A stretch of DNA of 64,000 bases from Octopus vulgaris (Eukaryota). The position numbers and the translations under genes were made by a program. The stretch spans positions 70,742,001 to 70,806,000 of the forward strand of contig OX597821.1 in the NCBI GenBank assembly GCA_951406725.2. The letters are read 5' to 3'. Shown here in pieces: positions 1 through 13,340 of this stretch (position 1 is its first letter; every line of letters begins with the position of its first letter). The notes beneath the pieces were generated by a model. The model was not told the DNA's origin, made no database searches, and worked only from the letters and a program-made list of their open reading frames with translations.

Positions 1-184
1 ATATTAATAAATAGATATATACATTCATATGTGTAAATATATATATAAATATATATATGTATGTGTAAAGATATATATATATATATATGCATATAAATAT
101 GTATGTATGCATGTATGTGCATGTATGCATGCATGTATGTATATATGTGTGTGCTTGTGTGTGTGTGTGCGTGTGTGTGTGTGT

Positions 185-216
<32 letters not shown>

Positions 217-523
217 TTGTATGCGTGTGTGTGCATGGTCTCGTGTATAGGTATTTGATTTTACATATAGAGGGACTTAATTAAACCAACTGAAAACCTT
301 GTCTGACAAAGAATACTTTACTTATAGTAGAGTTAAATATTTTTCTCATAAAAACAGCGACTTGGCGAAACTCCAAATGACCTTTTATTTTTTAAACAAT
401 TATTTATATACGTTTGTGTATGTATGCATATTTGTATGTATGTATTTATGCATGTATTTATTTCCACTGAATTTCTTTCGTTTGAATAGAATTTCACGTT
501 ACAACGATCATTGCACATGTACT

Positions 524-560
524 TGCCTGATGATCGCTTTCGTGTGAAACTTAGGTTACA
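524..560 (+). ncRNA. Minimal type-I hammerhead ribozyme motif, slightly decayed
   Basis: TGC-CTGATGA-T-CGC tttc GTG-T-GAAAC ttag GT-T-ACA: canonical CUGAUGA/GAAA core, short stem II, near-palindromic stem III, 2 of 3 stem I pairs. Confidence 0.55.
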
Positions 561-954
561 CCAAAGGAATTCAGGTTAAACAAAGTATACTATTTACGAC
601 GTGTATTGAGTATTCTCTTCCACGTCCATCGGTAAAAATAACATTTGATAAAACTACATGTCTGTATATGTATTTGCGCGTGTGTATACACACACACATA
701 CATATATACAAAGAGAGACAGGGAGAGAGATAGAGATAGATAGATAGACATAATTATGCAAACACTCGCACATACATGTATGTATACGTGTGGGCACTGT
801 GTTTGTGCACACACACACAAATACACACACATATATACATACATGCATACATACATATATTTATATGCATATATATATATATGCATATATAAACATACAC
901 ACATATATATATACATACATACATATATATGATTATATATATATATATATACGT

Positions 955-1001
<47 letters not shown>

Positions 1002-1247
1002 CATATAAAAGCAGGAGATTAAAACATTTTTCGCATTATTAATCAACGTTACACGTGTTTCATTTGTTAATAGGAGTTTCAATATTGCACATGTAGGAGA
1101 AACATGTGAGATATCTCCTATCCGTAATTCTCCAACAATTCTGAAGCCCCTCTCAGCAAATAAAACACATGTAATGAGGAATAAATAATACCAAATATTT
1201 TTCCAGTATTTTTTTAAAACTCTTATGTATGCTATACACAAATATAA

Positions 1248-1492
<245 letters not shown>

Positions 1493-2362
1493 GACTGAAT
1501 GTGAAGAACAAGAGCAATAAGACGGAGAAAAAGAAATGATGAGGAAAAAGAGGAGGTGGAAGATCACTTTCATTCTGTTCATCATCATCATCGTCATCGT
1601 CATTATGAAAGAGGAGACACGAGACGGAAAAAATAAAGATATAAGTGAAAATAAGAAAAAAAAAAAGAAAGGAAAGCGAAAAGGAATGGAAACTGCATGG
1701 AGCATAGAGAATTCGGCCATAATTCCATATTCGTTTTGCCTATGTTGGTTTGTCAGCAGAAAGCATCGAGATAAAGCAATCTAATAAAAGTTCACTGGAA
1801 GAGGACATAATTCTGCAATTCTCCGGCATCAATATACCATTTTGAAGCTCGTAATGGAAAAAGCCAAAAAATGGCAAACCGCCGTCGCAAAATTTCTTCC
1901 ATTAATCTTCGTCTTTGCCTACTTCTATCATCTTGTATCTTGTTTCTTTTCTTCCTTTTCATCATCATCTTCTCCATGTCCTTCTTCTTATTTTTCACTA
2001 TTTTCTCCACCTCATCTTTTTTGTTCCGTTAATCAGAAATGTAATCAGGCCTTTTATAAACACGCGGGACAGCAACTGGCGAAAGCACACCAGTAAACTG
2101 TATACAATCTCTCGATGAACTTAGACCTTTACTATTATCATTCTTCTTACAGTTATTATCACTTTCATCATCATCATCATCATCATTATTATTACTTTTA
2201 TTATTCATTGTCTTTCTTTTCTGTAGGTATTTTCCTTTTTGTTTTCTTTTTGGTTTTGACCAGGAATAATGGTGAGAGGGCAAATGGCTGTTATTGTGAT
2301 TGTGGTTGACCAAGGTTGTCGCTGTCGATGACGATGTTCTCTTATTGATGTGATTATCAAAA

Positions 2363-2453
<91 letters not shown>

Positions 2454-2877
2454 TTGTGGTCTGGTAGTGGTGATGAGATAGAAATAGTGGCGTTGGACAT
2501 TAAAAGCTTTATCCTGAAAACAGCTCCAGTGAATTGGGAACAAACATATAATAAAGCACATGCATGCGTGTTTTGGAGAGTACGTATGTATAAAGATAGG
2601 TAATATATACATTACACCTACATAAGCACACACAGATATATACATACATATATATATCTATATATATATATAAGGGAAGATGTATGTCTGTAGAGTAAAT
2701 GTGCTATGTAGATAGAAGCACGTACATGTACACACACAAATACGGGGAGAGAGAGAGAGAGAGAGAGAGGTAAAAGAAAAAGAAATAAGGTGGAAGAGGA
2801 GGAGGAGGGAGAGGAGGGGAGAAGAAGAGGATGAGGATGGAGGAGGAAGGAGGAGGAAGAGGAGGAGAGAGGGAAAT

Positions 2878-3160
2878 GAAGAAGAAGAAGAAGAAGAAGA
2901 AGAAGAAGAAGAAGAAGAAGAAGAAGAAGAAGAAGAAGAAGAAGAAGAAGAAGAAGAAGAAGAAGAAGAAGAAGAAGAAGAAGAAGAAGAAGAAGAAGAA
3001 GAAGAAGAAGAAGAAGAAGAAGAAAAGAAGAAGAAGAAGAAGAAGAAGAAGAAGAAGAAGAAGAAGAAGAAGAAGAAGAAGAAGAAGAAGAAGAAGAAGA
3101 AGAAGAAGAAGAAGAAGAAGAAGAAGAAGAAGAAGAAGAAGAAGAAGAAGAAGAAGAAGA
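2878..3160. repeat. (AAG)n microsatellite, ~280 bp
   Basis: Directly visible, one phase shift near 3024. Confidence 0.97.
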
Positions 3161-4715
3161 AAAAAAAAGCAGCAGTTGGATTAATATCCACTTATGCTGC
3201 AGCCAGAATGACTCCGGCCAGTTTTGAAGGTTGTAATTTAGAGACTATTTCTGGACAACAATCCATTGTTTCCAATACCTTCTGGGCCAGAATTTCGTTA
3301 TTTCTTCAACCGATCATTTCGAACATCTTTATTAGCCTCCATCTTTATTCCTCTTCAGCATCAGCATCACCATCAAATCCGCCACCACCACCACCATCAT
3401 CATCATCATTATTATCACTGTCCCCATCACAAACACCACCATTTTTCCAGTAACCCCTTCCCCGCCTACGCCTTTCTTCTACCTTTATATGGATTATTAC
3501 ATAGAAAGAAGTCTCTATGATAATGGCTGCCATCGTGACGATAAGTTAGCTGCAATTGAAACGCTGTATTATATACTGCCTTTGTGTTGATTCTATTAGC
3601 AGATTATATCGCTTCTAAGATGCCATTATTCTTCATATTCGCAATATGAAATGATAATTTCGTTCCTCTTCTAATACACACCTTTAACCCTTGTTCCTGC
3701 TTCTATCTTTTCCCTCTTCTTCTTTACAATGCCTTCTTATAAAGGGACAATATCGATTTTATTATCAGGAGACACGTGTGAAATCGATTAATTCGACGCC
3801 AATATACAATTGATACCTATCGTATCGACCCCTAATGAAAGGAACCAAATGAGAGAGCCCTTGTCTAGTCCCTCGTTCTACTAAAATAACTATTGTTTAT
3901 CCGATTTTCAAGTCTTTGTATTTTGATAGTTCGATTTTCTTTCGCTTCAAATTTTGTTGAAAAAGAACCAACAAAATGTTCAAGATGCAAAGTGCGACGA
4001 AGCATTTTAATACATCCTAATAGACAGAACTGTTTAGAAATAAGCACGAAAATTAATACAACAGTTATTGTGTGCTCTCAGATGACCAAAACCGGTTTCC
4101 CAAGTTGCAATTTTTTCACTTGCATTACAAGTTCTACTTTCAAGAGCTCTAAGCAAACATTAGGACGATGTATATACACATATATCGGATGCGCGCGCGC
4201 GCGTGTGTCTGTGTATTAGGAATTTCTGCTATTCGAAAATTAGGAACCTGAAACTCAGAGTAACGATTAATGACGTTTCCAGTTTCCATCAGACATAATA
4301 AAATGCTCCTCCATTAATAGCCACAAACTCAGGAGAAAAGTTCTTCAAAGGGAAAAATAAAATATCAATATTTCTCATTAGATATATATTTGGTATATAT
4401 TTCAGTATTGAAGTCATTAAATAATGATTCTGTTAGATTGAAGTCGTATATTTCGGTTCTGCTTCTGCGTCTGCGATATTTTCTCAATAAATTCTGCACT
4501 TCACATTTGTATTTGGTTAGCAAGAATCTTGATGTGAATTCATGAGTTGAAACAAATCCTCTTGTGTCTTTGGTGGTTCATTGCGCTAATAATAACACAT
4601 GCACTGGTTCAAAATCACTTCGCCATTATTAGGCAATTGGTTAAATTTTTAAGTAGCTAACTAATCGAATTTTTCGTTTAATGTGACAGAGAGCAGCTCT
4701 TTAAGACAGAAGGCA

Positions 4716-4758
4716 TGTCAGTGAAGAGGTCGCGTATAGCGACGAAAGGACATTGACA
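4716..4758 (+). ncRNA. Decayed hammerhead motif related to the G3:C8 PLE family
   Basis: TGTCA-GTGAAGA-G-GTCGC gtata GCGAC-GAAA-ggacat-TGACA; same stem I and stem II as the HHR at 30249-30298, but the core has G3.G8. Confidence 0.6.
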
Positions 4759-5907
4759 AAGAAACAACCGATTGATTGTTTAATTGGTACAATAAACAAA
4801 CGATCGATTAGTTAATCGGTTAAATATTGAACCGGTTAACGAACAATGAAGAAGTGGTTTCTAACCTGTGAGTGTGTCATTATTATTGGCTTAATGATCC
4901 TCACAAGACACAACAAAATTTTGCACTGTTTAATGGTAATAAGGAAAACGATTAGTTTTAATGTTCTTTTCAAAACGTTCTGATGCACCAACATTCGCAC
5001 TTTCTGAAATATGAGCCATACTTATTCTATCAGTGTGTTTTGCCGAACCGCTAAGTTGCTGGGGCAGAAGCACATCAACACCGGTTGTTAATTGATGATG
5101 AGGGACAAACACACACACACACAAACACACATACATACACACACACATGCACCCCCCTGTATATATATATTTACAAGAGTTAAGGAATGGAGTAGATAAG
5201 ATCCGGGCTACATATTTTCCATAGCGAGCGGAACCTCGGAAATGGTAAATATCCAAGCGAGGTGTATAGCGCAGGTTACTATTTAGGCCAAGGGTATCTT
5301 GAGTAGATGAAAGTTTTATATTTTCGCAAAGAGGTACATGTCGTAAGACATGGAAGACTCAATCAAAATGTGTAGAGAGCAGAGAAGGAGATTATAAATA
5401 TAGAGAGAAATTAGGATTAAAAGAAGGAAAAGGAAAAAAAAAAACATAACGGAGAGTATTTTAAGCAAGGTTGTTTGACCAATAGTATTCAATAGGGCTA
5501 TTTTGGTCGAATCACAGAAATTAGCAAGGGGAGTGGTATTTGAGAAAAAGATAACGTTGAGGGGAGAGGGTCATTTATGTACTTTCCTTACTGTTTATAA
5601 AGAAGTTTTTTTCTCCTATTCTTCCCTTTAATCCTTATTCTCATTTACATACTTCTCTCTCTCTTTATCTTTCCTTACCATTTATAGAATTTCTTTTTCT
5701 CTTGTTTCACCTGCCTCTCCCCTCCTCCCCTCTTTGTTAACTTACACCTTACTACTTCATATTGTACTGTAAACACGCTCACCGCACACAATATACACTC
5801 CATTAGTAGCCGCCATGACTCTTGCCCATTCTATCTTTCTCCCCCTTGACCAAAAATATTTCTCTACTCTCTCACCACCATATTAACTTTTATATAATAA
5901 TAATAAT

Positions 5908-5938
<31 letters not shown>

Positions 5939-5940
5939 GC

Positions 5941-6014
<74 letters not shown>

Positions 6015-8752
6015 GGACAACAACATGTTCAAAAATAACACAAAGAATTTTTACAGGAAGATAGGAAAAACAGCGTTTACTGCAGGGTCTGTACCATCAA
6101 AAGAAGAAGTGCAGAGATTTTGGAATAAAATCTGGGCAGAAGAAAAAACACACAACGAAAAGGCCCCCTGGATTGACAGAATATCTACAGAACTGGACCC
6201 CTTAGAAGAGCAAAAGTGGGAGGGTGTCAAGGTAGAAGATATAAGATCTGCTCTCAGGAGGTCAAGCAAATGGAAGTCTCCAGGAAAGGATAAAATTCCT
6301 AACTTCTGGCTGAATGCCTTCCCAGAGAGCCATGAACTGCTAACAGAACTGTACAATGATGTTTTGCAACACCCTAGTAGGATGCCTCCTTGGCTAGTTA
6401 ATGGGTTAACATTCCTGCTTCCAAAAAGTGAAGAAACAAATGAACCAAAAAACTATAGACCCATAACCTGCTTAACAACTATGTACAAAACACTAACATC
6501 TGTCCTGACGGAATATACCTATAGTTTTTTAACAGACAGCAGCATATTCCCTAATGAACAGAAAGGATGTAAACGTGGATCCTACGGCTGTAAAGACCAA
6601 CTACTCATCAATAAGATGATCTTAGAAGATTGTCACAAACGACACAAAAACTTATCAATAGCCTGGATAGACTATAAAAAGGCTTTTGATAGCCTACCAC
6701 ATAGCTGGATTAGGAAATGCCTTGAAATGTATAAGATAGCATCAACTCTGCGAAACTTCTTGACTGTAAGTATGAGATCATGGAGAACCACACTAACTCT
6801 GAACAGTGACAGTGAATCCCTAAATGCTGGTGATGTAAAAATTTCGTGTGGCATTTTCCAGGGTGACTCACTGTCACCACTCCTCTTCTGTTTATCCTTA
6901 ATACCTCTCTCAAAGCTGCTCAATGACGCGCAGTACGGGTATAAAATGTTTGATAAAAATATAAATCATCTCGTTTACATGGATGATTTAAAGCTTTTTG
7001 CAAAAAATGATCAACAACTCAAGGGCTTACTAGCGATAGTCAAACAATTCAGTGACGACATCAGAATGCAATTCGGCCTCGATAAATGTGCAAAGGCTAC
7101 CTTTATCAAAGGAAAAATGACAGAAACATCTAACGTTAACCTTGACCAACAGAATGTCATAAAAGAACTAGACCCAGCGGAGAGCTACAAGTACCTAGGG
7201 GTAATTGAAGGGAACGGAATAAGGCATTCAGAGATGAAGGAAAGGATCAGGAGAGAATGCTATCGAAGAGTGAGAGCAATACTCAAGACAGAGCTGAATG
7301 CAAGAAACAGGATCGAAGCAATCAATGCATTAGCTATACCAGTCGTGACTTACAGTTTCAATATTGTTAACTGGTCAATTACTGAAATATGTCAGCTCGA
7401 CAGAAAAATAAGGAAACTGTTGACAATGCATAGAATGCACCACCCTAAGGCAGATACAGAACGACTCTATCTGCCAAGAAAAGAGAGAGGCCGTGGTCTT
7501 TTGCAACTGGCAATAACAATGAAGATTGCTACAATTGGCCTAGACACCTACCTGAAAAACTCTGAGGACTGGATGTTAAAACTTGTCTCAAAACATGAAA
7601 ACAAGAAAGCATCATACTCAGTCACAAAACAGGCAAAGGAATATCTAAGTGAATTCCGAATACAACCAATTTCGGAATTAGAGATAGACATACAAGAAAC
7701 AAGCACAGAAAAAGCTAGGCGCATGAAAACCCGTGCCAAAACTGCGGCCTTAGATATTCTGAATAATAAATGGCAAGAAAAACCTCTCTATGGCAAATAC
7801 CCAAAGAGAGCGAATAATGCAGATATCGACAAAGCCCTGACCCATCAATGGCTAATGGCCTCTGGCTTAAAATCTGAAACAGAGGGGTTTATCATAGCAG
7901 CTCAAGATCAATGCCTACCAACAAGAAACTACCAGGCCAACATATTAAAGATCAGAAGCAGTCCAACGTGTCGTGTATGCAAGCAACAAAATGAAACCAT
8001 TGACCATGTGGTCTCCAAGTGCAGTCTTCTAGCGCCTACAGAGTATCTCAACAGGCACGATAGAGCTGCACAATATATTCACTGGGTAATCTGTAAAAAC
8101 CTGGATTTGCCCCATGAAAAAAACTGGTGGGAACACAAACCACCCCCAGTGCTTGAAAATGACCACATCTCACTCCTCTGGAACTTCACCATTCAAACTG
8201 ACAGGAAGATAGATGCAAATAGGCCAGACATCATATTGAAAGACTTCAAACAAAGAACATGCCTCCTCATTGATATGACTGTCCCAATCGATATAAACGT
8301 ATCTGTCAAGACCTACCAAAAACTGAGCAAATATAAAGATCTTGAAATAGAAATCAGCAAAATGTGGAAGCTGAAGACTAAAACAATACCTGTTGTCATA
8401 GGTGCCCTGGGAATGATAGCAAAAGGGGCTGATAGCTACCTAACTCAGATACCAGGAAACCCAAAAATGGCAGAAGTTCAAAAGATAGTGCTCATGGGAA
8501 CTGCTCATATCCTACGCAAAATACTCTCTATGTAACCTCAAGGTTTAAAACAACCATAATTTTCGGTTTAAAAAAAAAAAAAAAAAAAACTTTTTTTTTT
8601 TTAGACATTCATTAGTACAACATCCCCACCCCCCAAATATATGGCACACTAGGCATAACAACAACATGAACTTCCAACCCTGTTGTCTCTTGAGGTCTCT
8701 GGGTGAGACTTGGAGCCAACTTGTACAAATATAAAGCAAAAGTCAAACATAG
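6015..8752 (+). mobile_element. 5'-truncated R4/Dong-clade non-LTR retrotransposon inserted in (TAA)n
   Basis: (AAT)n directly upstream (to 6014) and downstream (8753-8772); single RT-REL ORF; ~220-bp 3' UTR. Confidence 0.9.
6025..8535 (+). CDS. Reverse transcriptase + CCHC zinc knuckle + restriction-like (REL) endonuclease, 836 aa, uninterrupted
   Basis: YRPITCL, WIDYKKAFDS, GIFQGDSLSPLLF, YMDDLKLF (RT); CRVC...HVVSKC zinc knuckle; RHD, RPDIILKD...LLIDMTVP...K..KY (PD-D/ExK REL domain). Confidence 0.95.
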   Translation: MFKNNTKNFYRKIGKTAFTAGSVPSKEEVQRFWNKIWAEEKTHNEKAPWIDRISTELDPLEEQKWEGVKVEDIRSALRRSSKWKSPGKDKIPNFWLNAFPESHELLTELYNDVLQHPSRMPPWLVNGLTFLLPKSEETNEPKNYRPITCLTTMYKTLTSVLTEYTYSFLTDSSIFPNEQKGCKRGSYGCKDQLLINKMILEDCHKRHKNLSIAWIDYKKAFDSLPHSWIRKCLEMYKIASTLRNFLTVSMRSWRTTLTLNSDSESLNAGDVKISCGIFQGDSLSPLLFCLSLIPLSKLLNDAQYGYKMFDKNINHLVYMDDLKLFAKNDQQLKGLLAIVKQFSDDIRMQFGLDKCAKATFIKGKMTETSNVNLDQQNVIKELDPAESYKYLGVIEGNGIRHSEMKERIRRECYRRVRAILKTELNARNRIEAINALAIPVVTYSFNIVNWSITEICQLDRKIRKLLTMHRMHHPKADTERLYLPRKERGRGLLQLAITMKIATIGLDTYLKNSEDWMLKLVSKHENKKASYSVTKQAKEYLSEFRIQPISELEIDIQETSTEKARRMKTRAKTAALDILNNKWQEKPLYGKYPKRANNADIDKALTHQWLMASGLKSETEGFIIAAQDQCLPTRNYQANILKIRSSPTCRVCKQQNETIDHVVSKCSLLAPTEYLNRHDRAAQYIHWVICKNLDLPHEKNWWEHKPPPVLENDHISLLWNFTIQTDRKIDANRPDIILKDFKQRTCLLIDMTVPIDINVSVKTYQKLSKYKDLEIEISKMWKLKTKTIPVVIGALGMIAKGADSYLTQIPGNPKMAEVQKIVLMGTAHILRKILSM

Positions 8753-8774
8753 AATAATAATAATAATAATAAGT

Positions 8775-9550
8775 TAGAAACTTTAATATCTCTAATTTTG
8801 TGTGAACATTTTGTCTTCCCTTCTCTGACTAACAGAATATGTAAACATGCCTTTTATTGTAAGAACACAATTAAATGCACGATAAAAAGTTTAAGGAAGC
8901 ACCTGCCAATATATACATACTGCATAACTACAAAAACTGTAAACCGCAGAAAAACATTTAAAAAGAAAAGTAAAATTCCAAAAGAAAAAGAAATTCAGAA
9001 ATTCAAAAATCCAACAAGGTGAACATCTCTTCCTACCACTATTTCCAAAGACTGGAATATCTACAATTTCCTGTGAATATTTTAAATCTCCCTCAAAATA
9101 AAATAAGTTGGGAGACTTACATACCGACAGCATTGGAACACACAAACGAATCAGCTTTAAAAAAAACCCCAAAAACCTTTAATATCTACAACTAATGTGT
9201 GATGACTTATCCTTTCTTCTCTCCCTGAGTATTCGAAAATGTAAACATCATCCCCCTTTTTATTCTAAGAACACGACCATTTTTCTCTCTGTGCGGTCAT
9301 ACAAAAGACTATATTTAGTAAATCTTAGAACTTTACTAGCCACAACTTGTTTTCTTTTCTTTTTGACTCTCTCTGAGTATTCGAAAGTGTAAACATCCTT
9401 TTCATTGCAAAAGTCCTTCTGTATTCTCCAAATGGACAGACAAACGAACATCTCAAGAAACTTAAGAACTTTAATATATTACCCAAAGACGTAAACACAC
9501 CTTTTACTGCAACAACACTAATTGAATTCAGAACTTCAAAAATCCACCGA
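8775..9550. repeat. Highly diverged AT-rich internally repetitive block
   Basis: Recurrent motifs 'gtaaaca..ccttt..tt.(c/t)aa(g)aacac' (~8841, 9241, 9390, 9491), 'actttaatat' and 'aattcagaa.ttcaaaaatcca' (~8992, 9525). Confidence 0.45.
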
Positions 9551-9562
9551 CGTGATTATCAG

Positions 9563-9605
<43 letters not shown>

Positions 9606-9620
9606 GTGTGTGTGTATGCG

Positions 9621-9667
<47 letters not shown>

Positions 9668-9776
9668 TATTCTACCAGTAATTACAAATAGAACTGGTTG
9701 AATTGCTTCTTTCCAAGGCAGAGCTCCCATTATCAACTGGTAGTAGTAAACACATTTGAACCCTGCTATCTATCTA

Positions 9777-9900
<124 letters not shown>

Positions 9901-9968
9901 TAAACAAGTATATTTACGTAGAACACACAAAATAGAGAATACTACGAAAAGAATACATAGTTACTTAA

Positions 9969-10115
9969 CTCGACAGCTGTTTCAGGAAGCTCCGAATTAC
10001 GTATTAATCGTAATGCTCATAATTAGAGGAACCAATGTGCAAACAGTCTTGGGTATGAAACCAAGGAATAGTGACATAGATATATTACTATAAGTCCAGC
10101 TTCCTTTCTCAGGAG
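9969..10115 (-). ncRNA. Hammerhead-like motif with ~105-nt insert in stem II, decayed core
   Basis: Minus strand: CTC-CTGAGAA-AGGAAGCT...AGCTTCCT-GAA-ACAGCTGT-C-GAG; 8-bp stem II base, palindromic stem III identical to that at 49335-49466. Confidence 0.5.
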
Positions 10116-10789
10116 AAAAATTGGCAAAAGACGATGAAATATGTTGGAACAGATTAATGTATAAAATTGGGTTGACATAGCACGGACAAATGTTGTAGAC
10201 AAATCGAAAGCGCTTATGTGAAAGAAAAATATAGATCATATACAGATTTTGTTCATCAGCTCAGACCGGGGGCTAAACAACAGCAGTCAGCGAACACTTA
10301 ACCATCAGTTAAACATACACACGCATAAACAAATATATAGAGACACAAATTGCATATATAAACACACATGCGCACACTCAAACACACATATATACATACA
10401 CACACGCACACACACACACACACACACAAACGTATAGAACTAAACGCATAAAGGTTTGCTTCCTAAATGACGGCTAACTTCTTTGAAGTAACGTGAACTT
10501 CGACTAACCAAAATGGCTTCCGTGCGAACAGCAGCAGACTCTAACTAACTGCCGGTTTGTCTTCATAACATTGATTGGATCAAGATATTTACACCGTCAG
10601 CCATTACAAACTCTTTTGAAGATTAACAAACTTCACATTTTATTCAATGCCAACTTTCCTCGTTTTCTTTTACACTATTTTCTCTGTCTTGTATCTGTCC
10701 ATCTGTTTTATTTTCTTACCATTTTGCTCTGGTTTTGTCTGTGTGTTTATTTATATCTATGTCTATTTCTTGATCGGAGAGAGTGAGAC

Positions 10790-10825
<36 letters not shown>

Positions 10826-10975
10826 AAGGCAGAGAGAGAGAAAGGCAGAGAGAAGAATAATATGTGTATTTATGTGCACTGGGTTTATATTTGGGATGAG
10901 GGGCGAGAACGGGAAACATTACATGCAGTTGCTTCAGTGTGTGCCTGTGTGTGTGCGTGTGCATGTATGCGTGTG

Positions 10976-11015
<40 letters not shown>

Positions 11016-11590
11016 AGCATGAATGTATGTAAAAGAGAGAGAGAGTCTGTATCTAATTTGTGTATCTTTGGATGTGTGTTCGTTGATGTTAATATATGTG
11101 CAGGCGTGTGTATTTGTATATAATTCCGTGTGTGTGTGGTGTGTGGTGTGTGTGTGTAAATTTTATATTATATGAAAAGATTGTGCGTGATTGTGTGTGT
11201 GTGTATGTATGTATATATATATGCTTGTATGGACATGTAATTTTTTTTGTGTACATATGTTTTTGTGTGTAACTTCATGTGAATGTGTGGACGTATGTCA
11301 GTGCGCGTGTACTTTCGTCTGCACGTGTCTATGTTTGTATTGTTTATATTTGCAGTAGAGGTATTTGAATAGTTTTAATCTATCTCTCTCCCTCACTCTC
11401 TCTCTCTCTCTATCTGTTTTAATCTCTCCCCCCCTCTCTCTCTCTCTCTCTTTGTATGTGAGATTGTGTGTGTGCATGTATGTATCACTGAGCATATTAA
11501 TTTATTGTGACTGCATACATGTATATGTGTGAATCTGCGTGTATATATGTGTTTTGCGAGTATTTAATGAAAGCTATAGTATGGATGGGG

Positions 11591-11663
<73 letters not shown>

Positions 11664-11973
11664 TGCATGTGTGTAACCGTTTGCTCATAGTGAAAACAAC
11701 AAAACCTTCAATGAGGCTATCGTCTCTTCAACAACTATTGTGAGTGCCGTGGCCACAACATCAAATTCTCGCACACATAGTCTATACGGGTGTTCCTCAT
11801 ACCAGTAATTAGGAACGACGTCAACTGGAAATACCAAATAACTGACAAGTAGTTCTGCCTAGGCTTGAGTGTTTAGCTCCGGCAAACTAATGGCCAAACT
11901 CATTCTTCACACATTTATACTGAACAGAATCACATTGAATCACAGCAACAGCAAACATATGGATATATATATA

Positions 11974-13244
11974 TTAGGTTGTCAAGTACGATATTTATAA
12001 TAAGGTATATGGTAAACTTTGACAGCCGCTCATTTCGCGCCAATATTATATTTTGGCAATCCTTATCTTTTGTTAGAAAGCTGAAACATTTCTTTATTCA
12101 AACTCATTTTGCGCTTTATAAAGTATTTATAAATCTTTTCTTGCTATTTTTGCTTAGAGATGGAAATTCGTACAGTTTTGAAATATGAGTTCCTTCTTGG
12201 AAATATAGCATCACTGACAGCTCGGAATATTGAAGGAGTATTTCATTCTAATCTTATTACACAGCAGACAGTATCAAATTGGTTTTCAAAATTTCGTTCC
12301 GGTAACTTTGACTTCACAAATGAGCAACATGGTCGACCAGAAGCAAAGGTGGATAATGACGAACTGAAAGCCACCATCGAGTCAGAGCCATCTCAAAGTC
12401 CCCGTTCATTCATGTAGTTGTTTGGTGCTAGCAAGCAAGCAATATTGACTGACCTAGTTCAAATCCGTAAGGTGAAAAATTTGGATAAGCGAGTTCCACG
12501 TGAACTCAATGAAAATCAGAAACAGCGACGTTTGGAAGCCTGCATTATGCTACTTCTCACAACAAAAATGAATAATTTTTTTATCGAATTGTAACATGTG
12601 ATAAGAAATGGTTCCAATCCAACAACCGTAAACGTTCAGAACAATGGTTGGGCAAAGACGAGCCACCAAAACACAGTCCAAAAAGCAAAATTCATTAAAA
12701 GAAGCTGATGGTGTGTGTTTGGTGGTCTGGCGCAGGTGTGATCCACTATGATTTCATTAAACTTGGTTCAACAATCACGGCCGAAGTATATTACAGCCAA
12801 CTGGACCAAATTATGCAGAAACTTACAAAAAAATCAACCTAGATTAGTCGACAGATCCACTTCTGTGTTATTGCAAGACAACACCAGACAACACTTCAGA
12901 AAAATGACATTGGCGAAACTACAGGATTTGGAGTTGGAAGTTCTCCATCATCCACCATACTCACCTGATCTTGCCTCCACTGACTACCACTTCATCCAGA
13001 ATTTGGATAATTTTTTGAAAGGACAAAAATTTAATTCCGACGACGCTGTAAAAACGGCCTTCCAAGATTTTACTGACTCTAGATTGCCAGGCTTTTACAG
13101 TTCCGGGCTGGACAAGATACCGCTGAAATGGTAAACGTGTATTGACAATATGGCTGCATACTTTGATGAATAAAACTATTCCTTGTGTTTATAAAACATT
13201 AGCAAACTTTTTCTTTTCTACTAATTTCATACTTAACAACCTAA
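11974..13244 (+). mobile_element. Full-length but frameshifted mariner (DD34D-type) transposon
   Basis: TIRs TTAGGTTGTCAAGTACGATATT / AATTTCATACTTAACAACCTAA (3 mismatches in 22 nt), TA on both sides, 1271 bp; fragments WFSKFRSG, IVTCDKKW, LLQDN, HPPYSPDLASTDYH. Confidence 0.93.
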
Positions 13245-13340
13245 TACATATATGTGTGCGTGTATATATATGTGTGTGTGTGTGCGTGTAGGTTGAAAAG
13301 GAATACATGTGTTTATATATATATATATATATATATATAT

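Noticed and set aside
1047-1176. Degenerate inverted repeat with HHR-like remnants (CTGAAG...AAACACATGT-A)
   Set aside because: Arms and core too decayed to call; may be an old fold-back element
4248-4266. GAAACTCAGAGTA, the 3' half of the 18-kb/40-kb HHR type
   Set aside because: No upstream core or stem II recognisable
5170-5880. Possible retroelement relic upstream of the Dong element
   Set aside because: No diagnostic motif found in any frame by eye
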